The notes: generated by a model from the letters alone, not told the origin. 63,765 bases of DNA, filler included, from Octopus bimaculoides (GCF_001194135.2; 6 parts of 6 records of this genome joined end to end with filler, not necessarily neighbours in it); one strand, 5' to 3'. Shown: positions 15,204 through 28,396, counted from the whole stretch's first letter. A program made the numbers and translations.

Positions 15204-15410
15204 CCTTCAAATTTTGGCACAAAGGCAGCCATTTTGGGGGGACGGGGGGTATAAATCAATTACATCGATCCCGGTGTTTAACTGGTACTTAATTTATCGA
15301 CCCCGAAACAATGAAAGGCAAAGTCGAACTCGGGGGAATTTGAAACGACGCCGAAATGCTGCTAAGCATTTCGGCCAACGTGTTAACGATTCTGCCAGCT
15401 CGCTGCCTTA
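15204..15410 (-). mobile_element. SINE family A copy
   Basis: Reverse-complement homology to 3615-3825. Confidence 0.85.
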
Positions 15411-15498
15411 ATTAATAATAATAATAATGATGATGATATTTCTAATTTCGATACAGTTATTCTGAACGGAGCGACGCAAGACGATTGCATCGACTTTA

Positions 15499-15712
15499 GT
15501 GATTGACTGGTTCAGCGAAAAAAAGGCGGACGAAATGCCGCTAGGCATTTTGTCCGAATTTTCTTTCTTAATTCAAATTTCTGCCGATGTCGCCTTTGCG
15601 TTCCATCCTTTCAGAGTCGACAAAATAAGAACAAGTTTAACACTGGAGTCGATGCAATTGTCTTGTCTTCTCTTCGGAAATTGCTGGCCTTGGGCCAAAA
15701 TTTGAAATCAAT
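15499..15712 (+). mobile_element. SINE family A copy (inverted partner of 15204-15410)
   Basis: acgaaatgccgctaggcatt...catcctttcagagtcga...ggccttgggccaaaatttgaa. Confidence 0.8.
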
Positions 15713-16689
15713 ATTTCTATAATAATTATCGTAACACGATATCGAATGCGTTATTCGCATCTCTCTACAGAACTGGACAAATGGGCGCAGTTTTGTGTCT
15801 GTAAACTTCAAAGAGAAATTGGCTGGAAATGAAATTTCAAAAAAAAAAAAAAGATGCACTGAGGTAACCCTGCAGAGAGGAAATTGCCAATAAAAACTCA
15901 TTTCAAATAAACGAACACAGATAAGATAATTAGACCAAACTTAGACTTACAAGTACTTAGGAATGGAAGATATGGTTTGGAAGGAATATTCTAGATGCAT
16001 TAGATTAATATTTAAGACTTAGTTAATTGCCAAAGATAAAGTAATGCCAAAAATATGGTAAACAAGGCATTACTGAGTTTGAGCTATAATATTATTAACT
16101 AGACTGTAAGTGAATTAGCAAAGACATAAGAAAAGAATAAAATAGTGACAATATTTAGGATACGCTACGCACACACACACACACACATTCACACACACAC
16201 ACACGTATGCACACACACACATACACACACACACACACATCTATAGACATTTTGTATTTATCGCATATATAGCGAGACTGGTTTTCGTCTGTAATTATAA
16301 AACTCTTATTATATAAAGTAACTTCTGTAACAAGGAAATGTATCTATTAAATAATTACACAAATATAATATTAAATTAATAATATTAAATAATAGAATTT
16401 TTTTCTTTAAGCCAGTGGAAGAAGCGTCTGTTTGACGGGCAGCCAAATATTATTAACCAGTGTAGCAAATCATCAGAAATTATTAATGTTTAAAAGCAAA
16501 AAGGAAAACGGGAAAACCAGAAAACAAGAGAATTATCCAGTTTTTGCTTTTTCCTACTTCAAATGGCCGAAATATTTTAGTTTGGAATTTTGTTTTAGAT
16601 TTGAAAATGAATAAAATTTAGTGATTTAGTGTACATCCGGTAGGATTTAAAAAGAAGGTGCTAGTAAGATTGGTCGTCGGCACATTTGA

Positions 16690-16865
16690 CAAAACGGTGG
16701 CAGCAAACGTCGCCGTAACTTGACCATTCGGTAAAAAGCGCGTTTTAAAAGTACTAGCTTAATACAAAAATACGCGTTGGAGTCGATTTATTTGACTACA
16801 AATTCATCAAAAAATCGGTGCCCCAGCATGGCCGCAGTCTAATGCCTAACACAATTAAAAGACAA
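16690..16865 (+). mobile_element. SINE family B right arm/tail, diverged
   Basis: gagtcgatttatttgacta...ggtgccccagcatggccgcagtc. Confidence 0.6.
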
Positions 16866-17054
16866 CATATAAAAGATAAAACGTTTAAAGGTATCAGATA
16901 TAGAATTTATTCGTGCAAAACGATTTTATCAAAGCTTCTCCTGCTCCGTGAATGTATCCCGTGATTTCCCCGGCCCAAATAAGTAACACCAGATCCACGC
17001 TCGGGAGTTGCCAATATTCGTGCCTTTATCTGTGTGAAAAAGCTAACAAAGAGA

Positions 17055-17358
17055 GGCCCCTTCAGCCATGAATGACCATGAGATTACACGTAGACAGTTA
17101 CCCTCTGAGGCACAAGTCCGGCAAGGTTGTTTATGGAAGACCAGCAGTCACCCATGCATACCAGCCTCTCCACTCCACGCCACTGATGTTGTCCAAGGGA
17201 AAAGCAAATGGGCCGATACAGCTTGGCACCAGTGACACCGCATCTCATTTCTTCAGCTGAGGTGAACTGGAGGAACAGATATAAAGTTTCACGGAATCGA
17301 ACTCACAACCTCATATTTGCAAACGCGAAACACTGACAACCGAGGCACGTGCCTTCAC
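17055..17358 (-). mobile_element. Third SINE family with an RTE-5'UTR-like / Ceph-domain-like body
   Basis: tRNA-like head remnant (gtgagttcgattcc on the minus strand) plus ccttcagccatgaatgacc...gcacaagtcc...tttatggaagaccagcagtc. Family assignment is from memory only. Confidence 0.6.
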
Positions 17359-17799
17359 CATTTGTGATTAATTAAATTATAGTCACCGTCGCTCGGAATA
17401 TCACTCACCTGCGTCGTTCATGTTTGTCGGTAGCGTCTATGTAACGACATTTAAGGACCAGCATAAAAAGCTAGACGTTAACCAAAATGGAGTTTGCCCA
17501 AACATCATGTAATAAGCTTACTTATATTCTTTTAGCAATGTTTATTTATCAGTTGCCCTCTTGGCAAAAATATACTAATTTCTGTTTTATGAATTTATTT
17601 TCTGTTATAATAAACTACACTATTTTCTCCATTAGAATTTTTTTTCATTTGTTATTATTGTTGTTGTTTATTTGCTTTCTTTGTTTTCGAATGTTTTTCG
17701 CTATTTATGTATTTTTTACTTCAAGCATCTTTTCACTCTTTTTTTTTTTCATTTTATTTGTTTTTATTCTCAATCTTCTTGCGGATTACTTTTATCGTT

Positions 17800-18012
17800 G
17801 CCGATATCATCATCATCATCATCGTAGTCGTCGTCATCAGCATCATCATCATCATTGTCGTCGTCGTCTTCGTCGTCATCATCGTCATCAGTAGGAGCAA
17901 CGTTTCTGCCGTCCGTCACCACAACATTTACAATCACCAAACCTGCCAGTGCTACGACGACGACGACCACCACCACCACCACCACCGCCACCATCATCAT
18001 CATCATCATCAA
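17800..18012. repeat. Compound trinucleotide repeat (CAT/CGT/GAC/CAC)
   Basis: Direct reading. Confidence 0.9.
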
Positions 18013-18175
18013 CGTAGCTACCATCAGCCTATCATAAACAAACGTTAGCAGAATGAATCGAATCGGAGAAATTGCAATCCCCATGACATTCTATGTATAT
18101 AAATGCAACACACAAACACACCCAGACACCCACACAAACACAAAGAAAAAGTCATACATACTTAATACATACATA

Positions 18176-18234
<59 letters not shown>

Positions 18235-19580
18235 NNNNNNNNNNNNNNNNNNNNNNNNNNNNNNNNNNNNNNNNNNNNNNNNNNNNNNNNNNNNNNNNNN
18301 NNNNNNNNATATATATATATATACATACGTTTATACAGATATCTACATATGTATATATATACATATACATACATATTGTACATATATATATAAATGAATA
18401 TATGTGTGTGTGGTGCGTGTGTGTTTGTATGTGTATGTGTGTACATAGACAAACAGATATAGAAAGAGAGAAATATTTGGATACTCACACATAGCGCCAA
18501 CACACACACGCACAAACAGACAGACACGCACAAACACACACACACACATGATTATGCACACTGTCGTAATGTATGTATGCTTGTATCAGTGAGTGTAAGA
18601 TCTTATTTTTGTTTTGTCGTGTGATGTGTGTATATATATGAGCTTGAAGTTTATGTAATGTGAGTGTGTGTATGTTTGTGTGTGTGCAAGTGTGTGCGCT
18701 CTGGTTAACTCTCATTGAAGTGAAGAAAAGACGCCAATATGCATTAAGTGATGGGGAAGGATTTGTATAAAGATTTCAAACGATGATGAAGTCTTGTGAA
18801 CAGACGAATTACAAATTGCCAACGTAATATTTCGATCGAGACAAAGCGTCTCCCCGACCAGTTGTCTGAATTTATCAAAGTCAACAAGTTGAGCGCGATT
18901 TTTGCAAATTTATGCTGCACCATTGAGATCATCGCTTACACAATTCGAAATCCTTGTCTTTTTTGTTTATTTTTGGTCTTTTGTGTATATATATATGTAT
19001 GTGTGTGTGTGGTGGTGGTTTGTGGTGGTAACAGACATATAAAAAAATACATATGAATAGAAACGTGATCAAATATAATGAAAAATAAAGAAAAAACATA
19101 TATAACAGAATACAGTATGATTGAGTGAAGGATGGGAGAAATAAACTAACCTAAAAAATATTGGAAAACATATAATAAAAAAAAATAACAATTTGTTGAT
19201 TCAGCAGACAAGACAAATAGAAGAATGCAGGAGATCGGGTATTAGAGGTGTGTATGAGAAAGTAAGATATCGTAAGAGAGAGAGAGGGGGGTGGACAGAG
19301 ACACAGAGGATTCAATTGATGGAGAATTATGGTTAGAGAGAAATATCTAAAGAGAAAAACTTTATCATTCGATAAGTGTTGATTGGAAAAGTCGAGCACC
19401 GCACGAAAATAATGGGGTTGATATAAATGACTAAATAAATCTTGGAGACGGTACCCCCAGTTTGTTCTCAAATGTACAACTGAAACTAGTTTCGCACAAA
19501 TAAAGCGAAAAACAGAAGAAAGTGAGCAGTGAAAGGATGACACACACAAATAGATATTGTAAGGGGAATGAAGAAATAAA

Positions 19581-19998
19581 TTCTTTTCTACGCACAGGGC
19601 CCGAAATTTTGGGGGAGGGGGCCAGCCGATTAGGTCAACCCCAGTACGCTACTGGTACTTAATTTATCGACCTCTAAAGGATGAAAGGGAAAGTCCACCT
19701 CGGCGGAATTTAAACTCAGAACGTAAAGACAGACGAAATACCGCTAAGCATTTCGTTCGGCGTGCTCACGCTGCTGTCAGCTCGCCGCCTTTTTCTCTAC
19801 TGAAGGCACACATTTTGGGGGAGGGAGCCAGTCGATTACATCGACCCCAGTATACAACTCGTACTTAATTTCTTGACCCCTAAGGGATGAAAAGCAAAGT
19901 CGACCTTGGTGTAATTTGAATTCAGAATGTAGCGGCAGACGAAATACCGCTAAGCATTTCGCCCGGTGTGCTAACGTTTCTGCCAGCTCGCCGCCTTA
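19581..19998 (-). mobile_element. Two abutting tandem SINE family A copies (19581-19790 and 19791-19998)
   Basis: Two complete head-to-tail copies with no spacer. Confidence 0.88.
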
Positions 19999-20050
19999 AG
20001 GAAGGAATATATTACCTATGAAATTATGTACATAGCAGTGAGAATATAAC

Positions 20051-20325
20051 GGCGTACGTAACATTTTGTGGTAAGAAATTTGGTTCCAAACCAAGTAGTA
20101 TTTGGCTCAGTTCCACTGCGTGGCCTCTTAGGTAGGTGTCTTCGATAATGACTTCGGGTCGATCAAAGCCTTGTGAGTGGATTTGGTTGGCGTAAACTGA
20201 AAGAGGCCCATCGTGTTTATATTATATGTGTAAGTGTGTGTGAATGACAAGCGCTTGACAATCGATATTGGTGTGTCTATTTCGCCGTATCTCAGTGACT
20301 CGCGTCTTGGTCCACGATAAATTAC
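20051..20325 (+). mobile_element. SINE family B, 3'-truncated diverged copy
   Basis: aaagccttgtgagtggatttgg...aaactgaaaga and cgcttgacaatcgat blocks. Confidence 0.7.
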
Positions 20326-20817
20326 TTTGATACTCTGTCTTGTCTTTCTGGAGCCTTCTACCACAATGCACTAATCCTTTTATCTGGTGATATGCTGTGC
20401 TATGTATGCAGGTATGTATGTATGTATGTATGTATGTATTATGTATGTATGTATTATGTATGTATGTATTATGTATGTATGTGTGTATTTACGTATTTAA
20501 GTATGTATTTTATCTATCGATCTATATATGTGGTGGTGAGTCTCAAAGGCTAAGTCACGTTGTGTGACACGACGGCACTCCTAAGAATCCATTAGGAGTT
20601 AAGAGCCTACTACTATTAACGCCATCACCCCCACAAGAACCATCATATAACAATAAATTGTGGTGCAGAGATAAACAGACTGGTAGCTAGAGAGAGAGAT
20701 TAAGCAAAGAATGACAAGGGTTAGTAGATGTAGAGAGAATGTGATAGAAAGTAATACTATACGAGAGAAATAGATAAATACAAATATATTGGGATATCGG
20801 TGAGGAGAGAATAAATG

Positions 20818-20833
20818 AGAGAGAGAGAGAGAA

Positions 20834-20897
<64 letters not shown>
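20818..20897. repeat. (GA)n microsatellite
   Basis: Direct reading. Confidence 0.95.
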
Positions 20898-20997
20898 NNN
20901 NNNNNNNNNNNNNNNNNNNNNNNNNNNNNNNNNNNNNNNNNTTAATTAATTAANNNNNNNNNNNNNNNNNNNNNNNNNNNNNNNNNNNNNNNNNNNN
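20898..20997. other. Artificial scaffold join
   Basis: 44 N + TTAATTAATTAA (20942-20953) + 44 N. Confidence 0.95.
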
Positions 20998-21689
20998 TAT
21001 ATATATACACACATACATACATATACATATACATATATATACATATATGTTGTTTTGCAACGTTTGTTTGCGTGCATATACAAAAATGCGCAACGTATGT
21101 TTATATAAATATAAACATAAGACTATCAAATTGCATGGTATAATGCAGAGCATATATTTAATGCAAACATGTACGCATAATCTGATTGTTACTGAAATAT
21201 ATACTACAGAAAGTAGTTTGCGAAACACCTGTAATCCTATAAAAGTCATTTCGTTAATAACCTCTGAAACCACCTGACTATATTTTTATATACATACATA
21301 TATATACACATATATACAGACACATATACAGAAATGTTCATTACTGGTTCGTAAGTCGCTGCTGTGATAGATTTATGACCCTCCGTCCCTCTCTCTTTTC
21401 CTCTCTCGGTTTTTCTATCTATCTCCTTCTCCCTCTCTCTATCGTTGCTCTGAAGGACTTTGAAACTTTCCAACACCAAGCTTACCCCTTTTTCTCCGCT
21501 CGACTGATTCTCTTTTATAACATAGCAATGTATTATTATTATACACATACATGCCTAAACTGTTTCTTGCAGATTAGCGTGGTCTCTTTTGAAGAAAACA
21601 TGCTGCTTTCTCTTTTTTTTTTCTTTAATTCACTGTCTAGAGAAATATATCTTCCAACTTGCTCACATTTTCACGTAACCCCTCCCACC

Positions 21690-22250
21690 TGCCGCACACA
21701 AATCAGTGTCTATAAAATGTGTGTATTGAGCACTTCTTTATTCGAGTGAGACGTGGACGAGTTACAGCCTTCATAGGAAAATGCTGGAGAGATTTCATCA
21801 AAAGTGCTTCAGACGTATCTTGGGGGTGAAGTGAACAACATGTTGTCTTGGCTGAAATGAAATGGGTTGGATATGTTATTAGAATGAAAGATCTGCAATT
21901 ACCAAAGTACCTTTTTTAAGGTGGTCTCAACTCTGGAAAGCGATTACAATATAAGCCGAGGTAAAAGTATAAAGATTGTGTGAAAGAAAACCCTGAAGAA
22001 GCAAAATATGAACAAAAGTGATTGGTAAAATGATTTTCTAGATCGGAACAAGAACAGAGGTGCTGTTAGGACTTGTTGCAATTCCTGGGAAGAAAAGATG
22101 ATTCAGCACTGTAAGTTTAAAAGGCCGTGTCGCATAGGAACGATTGAAACTGAAATCAACAGTGAATATTGGATATGTATTATGTGTGATCGTGTTCTGT
22201 TGTCAAAAGCAGGATACTGGAATAATATGAAGTCACATGAAAATCGAAAT
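21690..22250 (+). mobile_element. RTE-clade LINE 3' fragment (pseudogenised)
   Basis: TQISVYK.CVLST-LLYSSETWTSYSLHRKMLERFHQKCFRRILGVK, YKDCVKEN and C-terminal CIMCDRVLLSKAG...SH motifs typical of RTE ORF ends. Confidence 0.8.
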
Positions 22251-23389
22251 GCCCAAGTATGTAATAACATATGTTAGCTTAAAAGAACATTCCTTCAGAA
22301 TCAGATTCCAAACGACAAAGATATAGAAGAAACTTGAATAATATATTGCTTCTGATTTAAACCCTGTCAGTCAGCAGTTGGTTTTAAGTCACCTGAGGGT
22401 TCATGAATAGAGTGATTGCGCTTTGTGATGTGGTGTGTATGTTGATGGGACGACTACAGTCTCTCAAGATGAAGCAATCACCATATATATATACACACAC
22501 ATACACACACTCATATACATACATATATACATACACTCACATATATATATACACACATATGCATGTACATCTATTTGTCTATCTATATACATATATATCA
22601 TATATATGGATAGAGAGAAAATGAGAGAATGATGAACGGAATAGATGAGAAAAAAATTGTGTGTACTGTAGACGATAAAATGGTAAAATAAATATATGCA
22701 AACAGAAAGAATATGAGTGCACCATGTTTTGTAAACAGAACAATGCTGGCAGAATACTGGGATGGTAAGGAAAAGAAAACGGAAGTTTCTAGAATTGGAA
22801 TATTAAAGCAACAATAAGTATGCTGTTATTACAGAAAAGATTATAAATAATATTGTTTATTTGTTATATATTTTTCTTATATGCACCGAATGCATTTTTT
22901 TCTCTGCTATTATTTCGCAGTAAAATACGGAAGGAATTATTCCAAGAATATTGTCACGATTATCCGGTAGAATAGCCACCATAAATTTGATTATAAAAGC
23001 AAATGTCAGAAAAGATGATTCTGTAAGAGATGACTAACCAAGAAATAAGTAATAGAAATAACAGAAATCAAGTGGAGAGAAAGAAATTCTGCTTCGCTCA
23101 AATAATACCTAAGAAATTTTCAATCAATCTTCAATGTTTTTTCTATTTAAGTAAAGAAGATTTATTTTCGACCGTTCAATATTCTAGGCACACTGTTAAT
23201 TTACCTACCTAAAATTTCGATTATTTAAAAAGCTTTTTAATCTAACGTGCATTTCATATTTCATGTTTGGAAACATTATTTTGATAATTCAATTTCAAAA
23301 ATATATAGTTATATACACTTCGGTCGTAATGAAACAGATTTACAATCAACGTTATTTGAGCGTTCATAAATTCATAGGCCAATGGACTA

Positions 23390-23650
23390 CGACTACGGTG
23401 GAGCACATCCTTGAAGGGTTATAGTTGAACTAATCGACCCCAATATTCATTATTTAAATCTGGTGCATTTTCTATTGACCTCTTATGCCGAACTGCAAAG
23501 TTACATGGACGCAAACCAGTCACCACCTGTTGTCAAGGCGGGGGCCACACACAAAGACACATACACAAATATATTTATATATATTTATATAGGACTTCTT
23601 TTCACAAGGATTTTGTCGGCCCGGGGTTATACACTTGCTCATGGTTCTGC
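23390..23650 (-). mobile_element. SINE family B, old diverged copy
   Basis: ggagcac...atcgacccc...gttgtcaag...acaaggattttgtcggcccgggg collinear with the family. Confidence 0.6.
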
Positions 23651-24299
23651 AAATTGCGACTAAAGTCGTCTAATACATCTCTCAATTTTGAAAGTCAAGA
23701 GGGTATTTTTTAAGGGAATTTTGAATGATTGTCGCTGTTCTTTTAGGAAGAACAATGAAAGCCTTATACACACTTCTACTAATGAACGTTCACATAGTTA
23801 ATTCTGTTGTTTTCATCAAGCAGTGTTTGGATATGATTTTCTGCACAATACGCCCAATAAGAATAGATAACGGAATTATACACACGGCTGCAATATATAC
23901 TTTTTGTTAAACTGGATTTATAACTTTATATCAATTAAGAAGACAGCTATAGAAATAAACTGTAACTCATTAGTTAGCTTATCAGTCAGTAAATGTAATT
24001 GCGTATTTTCCAAAATTCACAGAACAAAACTCGTAACACCTCATTAGCGACTCATGCCAGTGTGTCTCCTCATATATCCTATTCTATCTCATAAATACAT
24101 GCGTGCGTATATACATACAAAAGTACATAAATCTATGCATACAAATATGCATATACATGCGTAAATATATAAAGGTTTAAATATATATAAGTTAGAATTT
24201 ATATGTATATGCATGTACGTATATGAGTGTATATGCGTGTGTATATATGCATGCATATATACATCTCTAAGCTTATATATGCATGTGTGAGTGTTTGTG

Positions 24300-24401
<102 letters not shown>

Positions 24402-25044
24402 ATGAAATCGAAGTTGCCTCCTATATATGTTCCGTTCCACTTCGTGTTTATTATTTTTACGGGGCCAACAAATCATTCTACATTGCAAGAAGGGTTTATC
24501 CGTTTGTTTGTTTTTTTTCTATAGAGAAATGTATTGAAAGATATCATAATAAATACAAATGACTTTTGCAAGGTCAATTAACTTTCACCCCACGATTATG
24601 ATTTTGTAGATTATTGTTAATGTCTTCACACCATTGAGTATGACTCTCTATATCTATATTACCTTCAAACGCTAACCTTAAAACACAAATACGATTCGTT
24701 TATGACCAGCCACCACTTGTGTATCAAAAACTAGCTGAAGAAAATGGCAAGCAATTTTTTGTGACAGACGTCTTGAAAGCCATAAGCTATGACGAGTAAA
24801 GTGCATTCCTAGTTAAATTGCTTACCTTTGGTTTCTATCTTGGCACTAGAGTAAGGTTATTGTCTTCCCTTCATCATAAATGATATGAAGTATCTTCTGC
24901 CAGAGTATTTCGTTGTCAGTCCTACTCATTTACGTCTGTGAATTCACGCGTTCTATTGTTGTATTTACCGAAGCAAACTTGTATGCAAGTGTACTAAAGT
25001 TATCTTTTAGGAACCCAATCTACAGGTTATCTGTACTCTATTAC

Positions 25045-25555
25045 TCTTTTACTTGTTTCAGTCATTTGACTGTGGCCACGCTGGAGCACGGCCTCTTTAG
25101 TCGAGCTAATCGACCCCAGGAATTATTCTTTGTAAGCCTAGTACTTATTCTATCAGTTTTTCTGTCGAACCGCTAGGTTACGGGGACGTAAACACACCAG
25201 CATCAGTTGTCAAGCGATGTTGGGGGACAAACACAGACACATACAGACACATACATACACACATACATACATACATACATGCATACATACATACACACAC
25301 ACANNNNNNNNNNNNNNNNNNNNNNNNNNNNNNNATACATACATACATACATACATACATACATACATACATACATACATACATACATACATACGACAGG
25401 CTTCTTTCAGCTTCCGTCTACCAAACCCACTCGCAAGGTATGGTCGACCCGAGGCTATAGTAGAAGACACTTGCCCAAGTTGCCACGCAGTGGGACTGAA
25501 CCCGGAACCATGCGGATTGTAAGCATGCTACTTACCACACAGTCAATCCTACGCC
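25045..25555 (-). mobile_element. SINE family B full-length copy with 17-bp TSD
   Basis: TATCTGTACTCTATTAC at 25028-25044 and 25556-25572; internal (TACA)n. Confidence 0.9.
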
Positions 25556-26647
25556 TATCTGTACTCTATTACACTCACTTTTCTAGGATTACCTTAACTC
25601 ATTAAAGTGACTTCAAAAGCATTCTCCGATACGAACATAACAAGATATTCCCTTTCAGCAACATCATAAGACAGTCAGTACAACACGATCAGTATACTTA
25701 GCAATGAAACAATATATGTTATAAATCTCGATACACGTAATAAAAGACATGGTAAGACCAGAGGGGAAAGCACTTGTTTTTCAATACTGAAATGACCAAA
25801 TTAAGGCTAGAATAAATTCCGATTCCTCATTTCTTCAATACAACCGTCCTATCCGCGCTCTTATACACAAGTAAGACTTGATAAAAAAAATCGACGGAAA
25901 GCAGTAACTGCTGCAGCGTCAATGACAAAGGAATGTTCTATGCTAGAGGTAATATTGCAACAGCAAATCCAAAAGTAAGAAATCTGAGTATGAAATCGAT
26001 TTAACGATGCAATTCTGGAACAACGAAAATACAAAAATTTGCTGGTCCTGAGATCTCTCAAGACTCATGTATCGTATAGCGGATACCCGTGCAATAGTCA
26101 AGTTGTATCCAGGATATTGGAAACGACATCTTGGAAGATTTTCAGGACGATAGACTTGTCATAGTTAAAGGTATTAGCCCCAAATAGAACAAAAGGCATT
26201 TGCAGGCAAGTGAAGACTGGAAGCGTATTGTAAACAGCGATATATAACTACATCTCAATGTCTGGACGATAGTGCACTAGTACGATAAAAGGCTAACAAT
26301 AAAATTCGCTACGAACATCTCGTTTCTCACGTATCAGTTTGCAAGCACCTCATCTCAATTAACTCATGACCTCTTCAGTTTCCGACGTTCATGTTTATAC
26401 ACCTAATAATATTGCTATTAAAAGTAAGACCAAATAGCTGCAACCTATATAATCAGTTGTTTCAAAGCATTAAAAATTGTTCCTTTAGATAAAAATTGGT
26501 GAATATTGAATCAATATCACTCTACAGACGTTGGTCCACAAATGAAACACCTTCCTGCTTCGGTCTCGTACACAATAGTAATATTGCCCTACTACTCCTT
26601 CGTCTTTGAGAAAGGGAAGTTAGGTGCAGAGATAGTTCGATACATAT

Positions 26648-26852
26648 ATTTCATTATTGCCCACATGGGGCTAAACACAGAGAGGACAAACAAGGACAGA
26701 AAAGTGCTTAACTGGTACTTATTCAATCGACACCAAAAGGATGAAATGCAAAGTTGACCACGGCGGACTTCGAACTCAGAAACGTAACGGCAGAGGAAAT
26801 AGCCCTCAGCATTTCGCCTGGCGTGTTAACGACTGTGCCAGCTCGCCGCCCT
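26648..26852 (-). mobile_element. SINE family A head/body with an alternative 3' tail; 15-bp TSD
   Basis: TAGTTCGATACATAT at 26633-26647 and 26853-26867. The tail gcccacatggggctaaacacagagaggacaaacaagg differs from other copies. Confidence 0.85.
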
Positions 26853-27876
26853 TAGTTCGATACATATGTTAAGTTTGATACACATATTAAGGTAGATGTA
26901 AGCAAGAAAGAGCAAAATACAAATTAAGTATACTGCGTATCGCTTTATGTTGCAACGCATCTATATTTTTTATGTAGCCTAGACATAGATAGATTTATCA
27001 TAAATGTACATGATAATGTTAAGGCACAAATCACAACGCACGTTCACGTATATATGAAGCAACAAAAATTTAAATTTTTGTATCAATATATATATATATA
27101 TATATATATGCATATATCTATGTATGTATGTGTGTATTCATATATATTTACATACATACTTATATATATATATATATGCATATATATATATATATATGTG
27201 TGTGTGTGCGTGTGTGTGTGCGTGTGTGTGTATACACAAATACAGGTTATACTGACATAATATTATTGTTTAGTAAATATGAATTCAAAATATCAGTTGT
27301 AGCTTTATTTCATCCGACTGAATAAAATACAGAATAACATTCACAACAACAATACTATACAAATGAATATATAACATAAAATGAATTTATGTAAAATAAA
27401 GGTAAAATTATTTAAATAGAAAAATACATGGAAATAGATAAAATACAAAGATAAATAAGCACCCTATGAGATTATTGTGAAAGGTATTTCCTACAAATAC
27501 TTTCAAACATTTCTAAAGATTGAAATAATAGAGAATTCCTACTGCCTACACCACCACTACCGCCGCCACCGCAGACACCACCACCGCCACCACTGCCACC
27601 AACAGCAACATCAACATCATCACGACGAACACTCTACTTTTACGTTTGAAAATATAAGTAAAACGATGGGAATCAATACATATCAGATAATTTGCCTGTG
27701 ATTCCATCAACTTCAGATTTATCTGCCAAGGAGACTATTGCGAAAATTTCCATAACCAACATATATAAACACACAATAAAAAACTACCAACAAATATGTG
27801 TTAGTGTGCTTGCTTACCTCTGTGGATATGACAGTGCGTGTGTACACATATATGTGTGCATGTGTTTGTGTGTGTG

Positions 27877-27914
<38 letters not shown>

Positions 27915-28351
27915 TGTGTGCAAGAGAGAGAAAGAGAAAGAGGGGAAGAAAGAGAGAGGGAGGGATTAAAATATGTATGTTTCTGTTCCAAGATTTTATA
28001 CAACAAATGTTTCCCGTTGATTATCATAGCGTTTGGTATGCAAAATCTCTCGAGCGATTAGGATTTACATTTACGTTTTCACATATTCAGGTAAATTCCC
28101 TCTATCTCTCTACATTCTATTNNNNNNNNNNNNNNNNNNNNNNNNNNNNNNNNNNNNNNNNNNNNNNNNNNNNNNNNNNNNNNNNNNNNNNNNNNNNNNN
28201 NNNNNNNNNNNNNNNNNNNNNNNNNNNNNNNNNNNNNNNNNNNNNNNNNNNNNNNNNNNNNNNNNNNNNNNNNNNNNNNNNNNNNNNNNNNNNNNNNNNN
28301 NNNNNNNNNNNNNNNNNNNNNNNNNNNNNNNNNNNNNNNNNNNNNNNNNNN

Positions 28352-28396
<45 letters not shown>

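Noticed and set aside
19151-19549. 132-aa minus-strand hydrophobic ORF
   Set aside because: Reflects purine/pyrimidine strand skew (F/L/S-rich); no family features.
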